A stretch of DNA of 64,000 nt. It comes from an uncultured Muribaculaceae bacterium (GTDB lineage: Bacteria; Bacillota_I; Bacilli_A; RF39; UBA660). The DNA is taken from the NCBI GenBank assembly GCA_964600615.1, contig CAZRJK010000003.1:11142-75141 (forward strand). The letters are read 5' to 3'. The translations under genes were made by a program, and so were the position numbers. Below, piece after piece: positions 39,234-50,034 of the stretch (within the stretch, counting starts at the first letter, position 1; each line of letters begins with the position of its first letter). The notes under the pieces are model-generated. The model was not told the DNA's origin. It ran no database searches and saw only the letters and a list, made by a program, of their open reading frames with translations.

Positions 39234-41166
39234 ATATTATATCTCTTAATTCCATAGCTCTTTCAAAGTCTAATTCTTTAGCTGCTTTATTCATTTCACT
39301 TGTTAATTCATCAATAGTTCTTTCTTTTTCTTTCTTAGTCATTTTCTTGTTAGTTTCTAACATTTTTTCTTCATCAATATTACTAATTACATCTCGTATT
39401 TCTTTAATTATGGTTTTTGGTATAATATTATGTTCTTCATTATATTTTTCTTGAATTGTTCTTCTTCTTTTAGTTTCTGTTATAGCTTCTTCCATACTAT
39501 CAGAAATAGAATCTGCATACATTATAACTTTACCGCTTGCATTTCTGGCACATCTACCTATTGTTTGGATTAGGCTTCTAGTACTTCTTAGAAATCCTTG
39601 TTTATCGGCATCCATAATAGCGATTAAGCTTACTTCTGGTATATCTATCCCTTCTCTTAAGAGATTTATTCCTACTACTACATCATGTTTTCCTGTACGT
39701 AGATCATGAATTATTTGCATTCTTTGTAATGTTTTAACTTCATTATGAAGATATGATACTTTAATATCGGTATTTTTTAGATAATTGGTTAGTTCTTCGG
39801 CCATTCTTATGGTTAAGGTTGTTATTAAGACTCTTTCATTATTTTCTATTCTTTTATATATTTCTTCTATTAAATCATCTATTTGATTTTTACTTGATCT
39901 TACTTCTATTAGTGGGTCTAATAATCCAGTAGGTCTTATTATTTGTTCTACTACTTTATTATTAACTAATTCTAATTCATAATCTCCTGGTGTTGCTGAT
40001 ACATAGATTGCTTGATTAATTTTGTTTGTAAATTCATCCCATTTTAATGGTCGATTGTCTAGGGCACTTGGTAATCTAAATCCATAGTCTACTAAGTTTT
40101 GTTTTCTTGCTCTATCTCCATTATACATACCTCTTACTTGAGGTAAGGTTACGTGAGATTCATCTACTACTAATAGGAAGTCATCAGGAAAGAAATCGAT
40201 TAAACAGGTTGGGGTTTCTCCTTCTTCTCTTAGGGCTATATGTCTAGAATAGTTTTCTATTCCTCTGCAGAAACCTGTTTCTTCTAACATTTCCATATCA
40301 TAGTTACATCTTTCTCTTATTCTTTGTTCTTCAATTAATTTATTATTATCATGGAAATATTTACATCTACTATCTAGTTCTTCTTTGATTCTTTTGATGC
40401 TTATTTTTAGTTTTTCATCATCAGTTACAAAATGTGATGCAGGAAATAGAGATATTGTTTTTTTATTTTTTAAGATATGTCCTGTTACAGCATCAAATTC
40501 GCTTATTCTATCTATTTCATCACCAAAAAATTCTATTAATATTCCATTATTATGTACATCTGCTGGTATTATTTCTATAGAGTCTCCTTTACTTCTAAAG
40601 GTTCCTCTTTTTAAATCCATTTCGTTTCTTTCGTATAGCATATCGATTAATTTTTTTAAGACTTCATTTCTTTCTATAGTATCTCCTACATTTAGGGTTA
40701 ACATTTTATTTTTATAGTCTTCTACTTCTCCTATGCCATAGATACAGGAAACAGATGCTACTACTATTACATCTCTTCTTGTTATTAATGCTGAGGTGGC
40801 ACTATGTCTTAATTCATCTATTTCATCATTTATGGAAGAGTCTTTTTCAATGTAAGTATCTGTTGATGGAACGTATGCTTCTGGTTGATAATAGTCATAA
40901 TATGATACAAAATATTCTACTCTATTATCTGGGAATAATTCTTTAAATTCAGAATATAATTGTCCAGCTAGGGTTTTGTTATGGGCTAGTACTAAAGTTG
41001 GTTTATTTACTTCTTTAATAACGTTAGCAATGGTAAATGTTTTACCTGTACCGGTAGCTCCTAATAATACTTGATGTTTTTGTCCTTTATTTAATCCTTC
41101 TACTAATTCTTCTATTGCTTTGGGTTGATCTCCTGATGGAGAATAGTTACTTACTAAATTAAACAT
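39214..41166 (-). CDS. uvrB: Excinuclease ABC subunit B
   Basis: [21 protein letters not shown], Walker [13 protein letters not shown] box and the C-terminal UVR motif (FERAMELRD). The start at 41166 follows AAGGTGAT. Confidence 0.95.
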   Translation of the reverse strand: MFNLVSNYSPSGDQPKAIEELVEGLNKGQKHQVLLGATGTGKTFTIANVIKEVNKPTLVLAHNKTLAGQLYSEFKELFPDNRVEYFVSYYDYYQPEAYVPSTDTYIEKDSSINDEIDELRHSATSALITRRDVIVVASVSCIYGIGEVEDYKNKMLTLNVGDTIERNEVLKKLIDMLYERNEMDLKRGTFRSKGDSIEIIPADVHNNGILIEFFGDEIDRISEFDAVTGHILKNKKTISLFPASHFVTDDEKLKISIKRIKEELDSRCKYFHDNNKLIEEQRIRERCNYDMEMLEETGFCRGIENYSRHIALREEGETPTCLIDFFPDDFLLVVDESHVTLPQVRGMYNGDRARKQNLVDYGFRLPSALDNRPLKWDEFTNKINQAIYVSATPGDYELELVNNKVVEQIIRPTGLLDPLIEVRSSKNQIDDLIEEIYKRIENNERVLITTLTIRMAEELTNYLKNTDIKVSYLHNEVKTLQRMQIIHDLRTGKHDVVVGINLLREGIDIPEVSLIAIMDADKQGFLRSTRSLIQTIGRCARNASGKVIMYADSISDSMEEAITETKRRRTIQEKYNEEHNIIPKTIIKEIRDVISNIDEEKMLETNKKMTKKEKERTIDELTSEMNKAAKELDFERAMELRDIIFELQSE

Positions 41167-41205
41167 ATTATCACCTTTTTTATAGAATATCATTATTTGT
41201 AAATT

Positions 41206-41229
41206 AAAACAAGATATTTATCTTGTTTT
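41206..41229 (-). terminator. Stem-loop after the deacetylase gene
   Basis: AAAACAAGAT-ATTT-ATCTTGTTTT hairpin. The U tract is only partial. Confidence 0.45.
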
Positions 41230-42766
41230 AATTATTTACTCCATGTGTTACCATTACGGTATCATAGGTTATTTTACTAAAAGTAAAACCATTTTCTTTT
41301 CCAAATCTTATTATATTTCTTAATGCTTCTGTAGTGGTCCATTTTATATCATGCATTAATACTACATTTTCTCTTGATAGTGATATATTATTTACTACAT
41401 TAGCATATACTCCATTGGTACTTGCTCCAGCTGCATCTCCTGAATCTACATTCCAGTCAAAATAGTGATAGCCTCTTTTCTTTACTTCACTAGTTAGAGT
41501 TGTCATTATGCCTGGGCTAAATCTACTTACAGTATTTGAACTACCTCCAGGGAAACGTATTATCATACTTTTTTGACCGGTTAATCTTTCTACTCTATTA
41601 CTTACTTTATTTAAATCATTAAAATAATTGTCTACTGAAGAATATACATAACTATAGGAATGTGAATCTGTGTGTAAGGCTACGGTGTGTCCTTCATTAA
41701 ATTCTCTTTGAATTAGATAATCTGGTCCTGCGCCTGTTACAAAGAAAGTAGCTTGAATTCCTTCTTCTTTTAGTATGTTTAATATAGTATCTGTTGTACC
41801 AGGATTTGGTCCATCATCAAATGTTAGATAAACTATTCCTCTACCATTTCCTCCTCCTGATGGTCTTATTATGTTCCATTTCTTCACTGTTATAGTCCTT
41901 GTAACTACTTCTTCATTATTATGACTATCTTTTACTTTATAGTTAATGGTGTATGTTCCTTCGGTATTATTATCTACATTACCAGATACTTCTACTTTAC
42001 TTGTTAGATCTCCATCACAATTATCTGTAGCAGTATATCCTGGTTCACTGTAAGAATTTCCTATGTATACTGTCATATGGGCACTACTTTTTAATTCAAT
42101 TTGTGGTTTAGTTGTATCTTCATATTTAATAGTTCTAGTAATTGTATTGGTATTACCAGAATTATCTTTTATTTTATATGTTGCTTTATCTTTATCTATT
42201 TTTACTTTTACTTTTTTAGTTAAATCTCCGTCATATTCATCGATAGCTGTATATCCTGGTTCCTTGTATTCTTGATTTGGGCATACTGTTTCAGTTGTAT
42301 TTCCGTTTAGTTTTATTTCTGGTTTAACATCATCAATTACTTCTATTTTTCTTGTCTTTGTTATTGATATTAATCCTATTTTTAAGGTATATATTGCTTC
42401 GTATTGTCCTATTTTATTTTTATTTATATTATCTTTTATTGTTACTTGTTTGGAATAATCTTTAAAGAGATTCTTAGCTTTATAATCTTTTAAGTTGTAC
42501 TTAGTGTTATATCTTATTTGTAAATTTTTATTTTTAAAGCTTATATTTGGTATAGTTATCATAGATATAATTAGACTTATTGCAAGAATAAATATTATAA
42601 TTATTATGTATGTAGTAGTATCTATTTTTTTTCTTTCTTTTGATACTTCTACTTTTAAATATTTTTTTAATTTATTAGGATGTATTTTTTGTCCTTTTAT
42701 TCTTTTGATATTCTTTTTTATTTTTTTACTATTTATTTTACTCCTCATACAACCACTTCTATTCAT
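41228..42766 (-). CDS. Membrane-anchored polysaccharide deacetylase (NodB domain) with two Ig-like repeats
   Basis: Basic N-terminus plus a TM helix. There are two repeats of the EYKEPGYTA.D..DGDLT type. The NodB motifs are VYLTFDDGP and HTDSH. Confidence 0.85.
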   Translation of the reverse strand: MNRSGCMRSKINSKKIKKNIKRIKGQKIHPNKLKKYLKVEVSKERKKIDTTTYIIIIIFILAISLIISMITIPNISFKNKNLQIRYNTKYNLKDYKAKNLFKDYSKQVTIKDNINKNKIGQYEAIYTLKIGLISITKTRKIEVIDDVKPEIKLNGNTTETVCPNQEYKEPGYTAIDEYDGDLTKKVKVKIDKDKATYKIKDNSGNTNTITRTIKYEDTTKPQIELKSSAHMTVYIGNSYSEPGYTATDNCDGDLTSKVEVSGNVDNNTEGTYTINYKVKDSHNNEEVVTRTITVKKWNIIRPSGGGNGRGIVYLTFDDGPNPGTTDTILNILKEEGIQATFFVTGAGPDYLIQREFNEGHTVALHTDSHSYSYVYSSVDNYFNDLNKVSNRVERLTGQKSMIIRFPGGSSNTVSRFSPGIMTTLTSEVKKRGYHYFDWNVDSGDAAGASTNGVYANVVNNISLSRENVVLMHDIKWTTTEALRNIIRFGKENGFTFSKITYDTVMVTHGVNN

Positions 42767-42768
42767 AT

Positions 42769-44028
42769 TTAGTATTGTTTTATATTTTTACATTTATTCA
42801 TTTTATATTTCCAATATTCTTCGTGAAGGTTATAAGTTAATTCATTTACTTTATTAAAATAGTTTTCATATTCTTTATCTCCACGATTAGATAGTGCAAC
42901 AACAATATAAGGATTATCCGCAAAAACTATACTTACATCATGTAGTGATGAACCTGCCCATCCACTTTTGCTTGCTATTTTATAATTGTTTTTCCCTTTA
43001 ATAAATTTGGGATAAGAATTTAAAAAATTGGTCATTAAAGCGTTCCCGTATTCATCATTGCTGGCATAAAATTTATATAATTCTTCCATGTATATGGTAG
43101 CAGCATGAGCATTAGTTCCTCCCCAATTGTTTGGCGCGGTAAATATGCTGTTGTGCCTTTTTCTTGCCAAAATCTTAACATATTTTCTCTACCATAGGCA
43201 TCCATCAACATGTTGTGCGCGGCATTGTCACTGGTTACAGTAGAATACTCTAATAGTGTTCTTATTGTATAATTGGTGTTTACTGGTTTGCTTTTTAATA
43301 CTCCGCTTCCGTTATTATAGTAGTTTGCTGTATATGTTAGTGCATCATCTAAATTTATTTTTCCAAGGCTAGCCATTTCATAAACATATATATCTGTTGG
43401 TGCTTTTATGGAACTTGCAGCAAAGATGTTTTGATTTGCGTTATAGCTTACAGTAAATCCTGTATATATGTCTTTATATGTATAGGCAAAATTATCTAAT
43501 GAGCTGTTATAATAATTATTTATATTATTAATTATATTTTTTATATTATCTGGTAATTTATCTATTTCTATTTTGGAGTTAATACATTTTATAAGTTCGG
43601 TTGCTGCAACTTTTTTTAGAACTGCGCTATCTATTTCTTTGCCTTCTGTTACTATGATGCTTTCTTCATTTTTTTTATTTATTATAGTAAATGTTTCTTC
43701 ATACTCATCTATTTTTTTACTGTATGTAAAGGTTTTAAATACCGCTATAGCTACGGTAATAAAGGTTAGTACTAGAAGTAATGTTAATACTTTACTGCTT
43801 TTAATCTTTTTTTATTATTAAGTACTGAATCTTTTAGATATATTTCATTTGTTTGATTTTTGCTGTTTTGAACTTCATTATTTGGAGTTGATGTTACGTT
43901 GTAATCTGGTTGTGTTTTTTCGGTATTTGGAGTAATAAATAATGGAATTTCTTCTGAATTTGTTTTTCTTTGTTTTTTTCATTAAATATATTATATATGT
44001 CATCTTTTTCCATATTATCATTATCCAT
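42769..44028 (-). pseudogene. Frameshifted class-A beta-lactamase-like serine hydrolase with N-terminal TM anchor
   Basis: Pieces sit in three frames. They are MDNDNMEKDD... (start 44028, RBS AAGGTGA), a TM helix with the SxxK site (AASSIKAP), then the SDN-like region and KSG motif. The frame breaks fall at homopolymers near 43966-43990, 43806-43813 and 43153-43160. Confidence 0.7.
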
Positions 44029-44135
44029 TTTTTTCACCTTTATCCTATTATCCTATTATATAGTGTAGCATATTTTTACTATATATACAATAAAAAAATA
44101 GCTATTAAACTAGATTCTATAAATGTTATACTTTT

Positions 44136-45341
44136 TTATTGATCAAATCGTTCAAGGTTGTGATCACTAATGATTTTTTTATATTTATCAGCAGTATCTG
44201 GTTCCCCATCTGCTGGTGGGGTATATCCGTGTAAAAAGCTTCTATAACACTCTATATTATTGTTGTTTTTGCATTCTGGATGATACACAAAAATAAGACT
44301 TGCATAATCCTCAATACATTCTTCAATACTATTATATTTTCGCATATCTTCTTTTGTTCTATATACTTCTCCTGTACTTTTGTTTTTTTGTGTAACGTTA
44401 GAATTAGCACATTTTTGAGGGTTTTTGGACCAAGCTGATGATTGAGTTGAAAATGGTTTCCCCATATCATAATTTACACCTAAAATATTATTGCAAGAAT
44501 TTACTAATGTAGTTCCATCGTCGTTTGTTATAGGTGGTGGTTTCATCCAACCGCTTTCATTTATTATTTGCGCAATTATTAATGAGTTTTTCATTCCATA
44601 TTTAGCATGTTGGGCGTTTTGGACTATTTTAGCAACTTTTTCAATCCATTCATTTCTTGCTTCTTGATTTCCTTTGTTGGCCCTATCTCCTAATTCATTA
44701 AAACTTGCAGCTTGAGTTCCACCACCATTATAGGATGCGGTATTGGTATTGGTAGTAGCTGTGGTAGTTGAGGTGGTATTAGTGTCCTCTTTTGGTTTGT
44801 CTTTTGATGTTGCATTTTTCTTGCCGCTTTTTTCTGCAGCTTTTGCTTCTTCTGCTTTTTTTTGAATCTCTTTCTTTAAATCGTCTATTTCCTTTTGGTA
44901 TTCTTCTCTTTTGGCGTTGTCTGATACTTGGTTTATAGCTGTTTCTGCTGCTTGAATAGATTCTATTGTTATTTCGTTTTTTGCTGCTGCTAATTTTTCT
45001 TCGGCATTTGATATTTCTAGATTTTTTATATTTGTTGCCGTTGCTTCTTTCCAACAAGTTGCATATTTTACTTCTGCTTCTACTAGCACATCAAATACTA
45101 TATTTATCAATGTTGGTACTAAGAATAATAGAATACCGCTTATTATTCTTTTGAATACTGTGGATAAATTCTTTTTATCTCCATCTTCTTTTCCAGATAC
45201 TATACTTTTGAATATATCAATTGTGGACATAATTATTAATCCAATAGGTATTACTATGAAGACAAAATTAATTAAATATTTTATAAATAATATTACTTTT
45301 AATGTTCCTGGTTCTTTACAAATTTCTAATATATTTATCAT
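44136..45341 (-). CDS. Two-TM membrane protein with coiled-coil linker and C-terminal glucosaminidase domain
   Basis: Two N-terminal TM helices, an A/E/K-rich coiled coil, a T/N-rich linker, then LIIAQIINESGWM...NNILGVNY. The catalytic half is a paralogue of 37795..38568. Confidence 0.7.
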   Translation of the reverse strand: MINILEICKEPGTLKVILFIKYLINFVFIVIPIGLIIMSTIDIFKSIVSGKEDGDKKNLSTVFKRIISGILLFLVPTLINIVFDVLVEAEVKYATCWKEATATNIKNLEISNAEEKLAAAKNEITIESIQAAETAINQVSDNAKREEYQKEIDDLKKEIQKKAEEAKAAEKSGKKNATSKDKPKEDTNTTSTTTATTNTNTASYNGGGTQAASFNELGDRANKGNQEARNEWIEKVAKIVQNAQHAKYGMKNSLIIAQIINESGWMKPPPITNDDGTTLVNSCNNILGVNYDMGKPFSTQSSAWSKNPQKCANSNVTQKNKSTGEVYRTKEDMRKYNSIEECIEDYASLIFVYHPECKNNNNIECYRSFLHGYTPPADGEPDTADKYKKIISDHNLERFDQ

Positions 45342-45383
45342 AAAATCACCTACAATTTATTTATTATATTGTATCATGTTTTT

Positions 45384-45412
45384 AAAAAAAATAACATAGT
45401 TTATATGTTATT
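45384..45412 (-). terminator. Intrinsic terminator after the AAA+ gene
   Basis: 9-bp AT-rich stem AATAACATA/TATGTTATT followed by 6 U on the minus strand. Confidence 0.5.
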
Positions 45413-45414
45413 TT

Positions 45415-47004
45415 TTAATCTAATTTTAAATTTTCTGTGCTAATATCTTCTTTAGTTATTGTTTTTAATATATCTTTTCTTTTTTTATCTTTTGTATTTG
45501 TAGCATGTTTTATTACTGTTTTTTCAAAGATATTTCTTATGAATCTAGCATTACCAAAATTTTTGACGTTTCTGTTTTTTTCTATTATTTCTTTTAGATA
45601 TTCAATTGCATCTTCTTTGACAATAAATCCTGATTTTTTAGTCATTCCTAAAAATATTTTTATTAATTCTTCTGTTGTATAGTCATCAAATTCTAATGTA
45701 TAACCTATTCTTGATACTATTCCAGAATTAGAGTTTAAGAAGTCTTGCATTTCTTTTGTATAACCTGCAAAAATTACGACTAATTTATCTCGGTAATTTT
45801 CCATAGCTTGGATTAGAGTTGCTATTGCTTCAGCGTTATAAGAATTATCATTTTTTACAGCTAGACTGTAAGCTTCATCTATGAATAATACGCCGTTTAA
45901 ACTTTTTTCTATTACACTCATTGTTTTAGGTGCTGTTTGGCCTACATATTCTGCTACTAAATCTTTACTTGATACTTCTATTAATTTATCTTCTTTAATA
46001 AATTTTAGATTATATAATATTTTAGCTATGATTCTAGCTATAGTTGTTTTACCTGTTCCAGGATTTCCTAGAAAAACCATATGCAGATTAATATCATTTA
46101 TTTTTAAATTATCTTTAGCTTTTTCTTTTAAATTTATAACATCGACTAAATCATATAATACTTTCTTTACTTTTGTTAAACCTACTAATTCGTTTAATTC
46201 TTTAAATATTTCATCTATTGATTTTTGAACTTCTACTTTTGGTATTTCTTTGTTGAATGATATTTCTTTAATTAACTTTTTAGTATACTCTGTGTAATCT
46301 ACTTCTTCGTTATATGTTTCATTAATATAATCTAATAGAGCTATTTTTTTATCATCATCAAGGGCGACATTCTCTAGTATTTGATTATAGATATCTTGAT
46401 TATCTGGTGATATTCCTTCTATTATGAAGGTAATATATTTATTTTTTATATATTCTTTGCCTAAGAAAAAATTAAATATATCATTTTCCGTTCCAGAAAC
46501 TATAGATACTCTGTGACTTTCACTTTTTAAATATTCTTCTATTTCAAAATATATTTTTTCTTTTTCGTTATTATCTAAAATATTTAATCCTTTTAGGTCT
46601 GTTATATTTATTGATTTGTTTTTGTCAAATGTGGTTTCTTTATTTATTTTATATAAAGATGTATTAATTAATTCTTTATTATCTATATAATTAAAATAAT
46701 TACTTGTATTTATTATAATATCTTTTATGGAGTTTCTTGTTTCTGTATTATTTACTTCTAGTATGATATTAAATGGAATATAATTTTTTTCAATATTCTC
46801 TTGATATTTACGCATGTATTCTACCATTTTTTTAAAATTTTCTTTAGAATCATCTTTTATGTATAAATTATTTATTTGATTAAATATTTCACTCATATAT
46901 TCATTTTTATCTTTTTCGGGTTCTTCTTTAGCTTCTTGTTTTTGATTGGTTTCGATATTAAAGAAGTCGTTATATATATCTTTAAAATAATCTTTATTAT
47001 TCAT
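45415..47004 (-). CDS. SpoVK/CbxX-type AAA+ ATPase with about 270-aa unknown N-terminal region
   Basis: LHMVFLGNPGTGKTTIARIIAKIL (Walker A), VLFIDEAYSL (Walker B) and the spacing typical of the SpoVK/CbxX/EccA AAA+ clade. Confidence 0.8.
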   Translation of the reverse strand: MNNKDYFKDIYNDFFNIETNQKQEAKEEPEKDKNEYMSEIFNQINNLYIKDDSKENFKKMVEYMRKYQENIEKNYIPFNIILEVNNTETRNSIKDIIINTSNYFNYIDNKELINTSLYKINKETTFDKNKSINITDLKGLNILDNNEKEKIYFEIEEYLKSESHRVSIVSGTENDIFNFFLGKEYIKNKYITFIIEGISPDNQDIYNQILENVALDDDKKIALLDYINETYNEEVDYTEYTKKLIKEISFNKEIPKVEVQKSIDEIFKELNELVGLTKVKKVLYDLVDVINLKEKAKDNLKINDINLHMVFLGNPGTGKTTIARIIAKILYNLKFIKEDKLIEVSSKDLVAEYVGQTAPKTMSVIEKSLNGVLFIDEAYSLAVKNDNSYNAEAIATLIQAMENYRDKLVVIFAGYTKEMQDFLNSNSGIVSRIGYTLEFDDYTTEELIKIFLGMTKKSGFIVKEDAIEYLKEIIEKNRNVKNFGNARFIRNIFEKTVIKHATNTKDKKRKDILKTITKEDISTENLKLD

Positions 47005-47026
47005 AATTCACCTCTAGTATTATTAG

Positions 47027-47049
47027 AAAAAAGTTCAGTTAAACTGAAC
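47027..47049 (-). terminator. Intrinsic terminator after telA-like gene
   Basis: GTTCAG-TTTAA-CTGAAC hairpin followed by 6 U on the minus strand. Confidence 0.6.
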
Positions 47050-47052
47050 ATT

Positions 47053-48198
47053 TTATTTTTTTACTTGAATTTCTAACATTTTATCTTTTAATTCTTTTTC
47101 TATGTCTTCTAGAACTTTTTCTGCTTCTTGTCTCTTAATTCTACCATTTTCATGAATTTCTATTACTTTATCTAATGTTTCAATTAAATCTTTGTTAGTT
47201 TTCTGTAATGTTTCAATATTAACAATAGCTTTTTCGCTTTCTTCTGCTATCTCAATTGATCCTTGTTTTAGAGTTTCACTATTTTTTACTAGCATTTCAT
47301 TAGTTAATTTAGAAACTGCTTGTTGTCCTTTTAAGGCTTGCTTTGCATTATTAATTCCAAGAGCTAACACCATTTGATTTTTCCATAAAGGAATAGTGTT
47401 TGTGATTGAGCTTTGAATTTTTTCTACTAATTCAGCTTCGTTATTCTGTAATAGTCTTATTTGTGGTGCCATTTGAATTGAGATTATTCTTGTTGTTTTT
47501 AAGTCATAGATTTTCTTTTCAAATCTATTAATCATATTTTCCATATCTTGTACTTTTTGAATGTCTAATTGTTCTCCACTTTTTTCAGCTATTTCTTTCA
47601 ATTCTTTTAGCGTTACATTTCTTAATTCATCTAATTTCTTTTCACCAGCGATTATATATAGTGAAATTTCTTTAAAATATTCTAAATTTTTTTCATACAT
47701 TGTATCAAAGATGTTTATATCTTTTAACATTTGTAGTTTATCTCTTTCTAGTCCTTTTTCTATAGTGTCAATATTTTTTTCTATTTTACTGTATTTTGCT
47801 ATTATTTTATCTAATTCTTTTTTTGCGTTACTAAATAATTTTTCTAGTAATCCTTTTTTCTCACTTGCAGAAATATCTCTATCAAATGATTTGATTTGAC
47901 TTACTAAATCTGCTAATAAATCTCCTGTTTCTCCGATATTTTTTGTTTTAACATCTTCTAAAATACTATCTGAGAATTCACTTATTTTTGCTTGGGCAGC
48001 AGCTCCAAATTGTAGTATTTGAGTTGTGTCTTCTACGTCTAATTTTTCATTAAACTCATCTATTGCTTCTTTTTCTTCTTTTGATAACAAATCATAGTTT
48101 AATGATTTTTCTATTGTTGATTCTGTTACTTCTTTTGTTTCTGCTAATTTGTCTAATTCCTTTTCATCCATCTTTTTTTCTACTTTTAATTCCATCAT
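47053..48198 (-). CDS. TelA/YaaN-family toxic anion resistance protein
   Basis: About 380-aa all-helical protein with a TelA-like N-terminal region (ILQFGAAAQAKISEFSDSIL). It lies next to an XpaC-like gene, as in B. subtilis xpaC-yaaN. Confidence 0.75.
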   Translation of the reverse strand: MMELKVEKKMDEKELDKLAETKEVTESTIEKSLNYDLLSKEEKEAIDEFNEKLDVEDTTQILQFGAAAQAKISEFSDSILEDVKTKNIGETGDLLADLVSQIKSFDRDISASEKKGLLEKLFSNAKKELDKIIAKYSKIEKNIDTIEKGLERDKLQMLKDINIFDTMYEKNLEYFKEISLYIIAGEKKLDELRNVTLKELKEIAEKSGEQLDIQKVQDMENMINRFEKKIYDLKTTRIISIQMAPQIRLLQNNEAELVEKIQSSITNTIPLWKNQMVLALGINNAKQALKGQQAVSKLTNEMLVKNSETLKQGSIEIAEESEKAIVNIETLQKTNKDLIETLDKVIEIHENGRIKRQEAEKVLEDIEKELKDKMLEIQVKK

Positions 48199-48215
48199 AA
48201 TAATTATCTCCTTCT

Positions 48216-49412
48216 TTAATTTTTTAAATAATCACTTAATTTATTATAAGTATCCATTTTTAAACTAGTTACAGTACTGCTTATAGTTTGAGGTACTCCT
48301 ATTCCTATACTTGTTACATCATATGTACCTCCAGTTACACCAGTTCTAAATCCATATTTTTCCCATGCTATTTGACTTATTTCTTTATCTTCTAGTGCCT
48401 TGTATAGTTTACTTCCTTTATCGGTAAATACAGCAAAGCAATGGGAATTCCAAATAGTTGGTGTTGGATACAATACTCTAATTTCATCTTTTACTTGTTC
48501 AAAGGCTTCAGGACTAGAGTTTGCAAAATCTATCATACTTTTTTCATAATCTACTATCATTGGTTCTCCGCCCATACCAGTTTTTAAATATCTTTCAAAT
48601 AAATCAGCTGGTGTATTATTCATATAACCTGATTTGATATAGAATTGTTTTAATTTTGGTAAATTCTCATTGATATTTTCTTCTGTAACTTGTCCATTAG
48701 ATAATATTGATAGCAATAATCCATAGTAAGTTGCACCTGGTGAAGATGATACTGGGTCTGTTGAAGCTATATTAATTGTTCCATATAGGTTGGTTAGTCC
48801 TATATCTGTCCATTTTTTACCTTCAAGGATATAGTTGATTAATTTGTTCATATCACTTATGTAGTAAACTCCGTCATTTTCGGTAACGATGTTTTCTTTC
48901 ATTAATACTTCTACTACGCCTTTCCAACTATATATTACTATTGGTGTATTTAGTGTTAAGCCTCCATCTAATACTGTGTATCTATCGGCTTCTTTTAATT
49001 CTTTATTTGGTTGTAATTTATAGTAATCATAGAATCTTTGATCTGATGTGAATAAGGCATCATATTTTGATACTCCATTACTGTTTATACTTAATTCCTC
49101 ACCAGCGCTTATTTTTTCTATTATTCCTTGATTTCCTAATCCTACTTGTTCTCTTATTAGTGGCCATAATACTGTCTTACCATTACTCCATGTATCATAT
49201 ATTACATTTAATTTATATTTGCTTTTCAATATTTTATTTACTTTTTTATCGGCTAAGAAATCTTCTTTACCACCACCTGTTGCTACATATATTGTTGTCA
49301 AATTAGTGGTAAATATATTAGTCTCTCCATTATTAAAATTTTTAATTATAATAATGGCTGCTATTAATATTATAAATATTATTATTCCTATTAATGACTT
49401 TTTATTTTTCAT
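48216..49412 (-). CDS. Membrane-anchored periplasmic-binding-protein-like (substrate-binding) protein
   Basis: N-terminal TM anchor plus about 370 aa of alpha/beta sequence. It resembles the N-terminal half of the adjacent vWA protein. The family call is tentative. Confidence 0.45.
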   Translation of the reverse strand: MKNKKSLIGIIIFIILIAAIIIIKNFNNGETNIFTTNLTTIYVATGGGKEDFLADKKVNKILKSKYKLNVIYDTWSNGKTVLWPLIREQVGLGNQGIIEKISAGEELSINSNGVSKYDALFTSDQRFYDYYKLQPNKELKEADRYTVLDGGLTLNTPIVIYSWKGVVEVLMKENIVTENDGVYYISDMNKLINYILEGKKWTDIGLTNLYGTINIASTDPVSSSPGATYYGLLLSILSNGQVTEENINENLPKLKQFYIKSGYMNNTPADLFERYLKTGMGGEPMIVDYEKSMIDFANSSPEAFEQVKDEIRVLYPTPTIWNSHCFAVFTDKGSKLYKALEDKEISQIAWEKYGFRTGVTGGTYDVTSIGIGVPQTISSTVTSLKMDTYNKLSDYLKN

Positions 49413-50034
49413 CTACATCTTCACCTTTCATTATAAGTTTATCTTTTACTATTCCATCCGCTTTTAACATTAATTCATATACTTTCATTTCGGCGTCAGC
49501 ATCAACAATATCTTTTCGATATAGTGATGATAGAATACTTTCGAATGCATCTTTAGTTTCTCCAATCATTGCATCGGCTTTTTCCATAAATTTTTTACTT
49601 TCTGAAGAAACCATTTTTTTATTTTCTATTTCATCATATCTGTTTACTATTTTTATTAATACTGGTAAATAATACTCAAAGAAATTATTTAATTTTTTTT
49701 CTTTGCTTGGATCATTTTCTACTACTTCTAGTATTTTAGCTACGGTATTATTTATTTCTTTTAAATTATCTTTAGTTTCTTTTTTTTCTACTTTTGATAT
49801 TAGATTAAATATTTCTTTGTTTTGTTTTTTTGCTGTTAAAATCTTTTTATACAAACTTATATTTGTTTCTTTTAATGATTCTTTGGTATTTACTTCAGAT
49901 AATACTAATTTAGTTGCTCCAAAGGCTGCACAGCCTATTACTAATGAAGGAGCTAGAGCTATAGATAGTCCTAAGTAAGGAATAGCAAAGAAAGCACTTC
50001 CTATTACGGCTGAAGCGATATCTTTATTCTTCAT
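49402..50034 (-). CDS. xpaC: XpaC-like (5-bromo-4-chloroindolyl phosphate hydrolysis family) membrane protein
   Basis: Two N-terminal TM helices and a helical C-terminal domain, about 210 aa. It is adjacent to telA-like and overlaps both neighbours. Confidence 0.55.
   Translation of the reverse strand: MKNKDIASAVIGSAFFAIPYLGLSIALAPSLVIGCAAFGATKLVLSEVNTKESLKETNISLYKKILTAKKQNKEIFNLISKVEKKETKDNLKEINNTVAKILEVVENDPSKEKKLNNFFEYYLPVLIKIVNRYDEIENKKMVSSESKKFMEKADAMIGETKDAFESILSSLYRKDIVDADAEMKVYELMLKADGIVKDKLIMKGEDVDEK

Noticed and set aside
44252-45057. Same-strand alternative-frame ORFs 44252..44470 and 44779..45057 inside the membrane glucosaminidase gene
   Set aside because: Their K/R-rich low-complexity translations arise from A-rich sequence. 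The main frame has clear domain structure and a paralogue.
37795-45341. Region bracketed by two glucosaminidase paralogues, considered as a possible prophage or ICE remnant
   Set aside because: The interval holds housekeeping uvrB and a deacetylase. It has no integrase, no phage structural or conjugation genes, and no flanking direct repeats that I could see.
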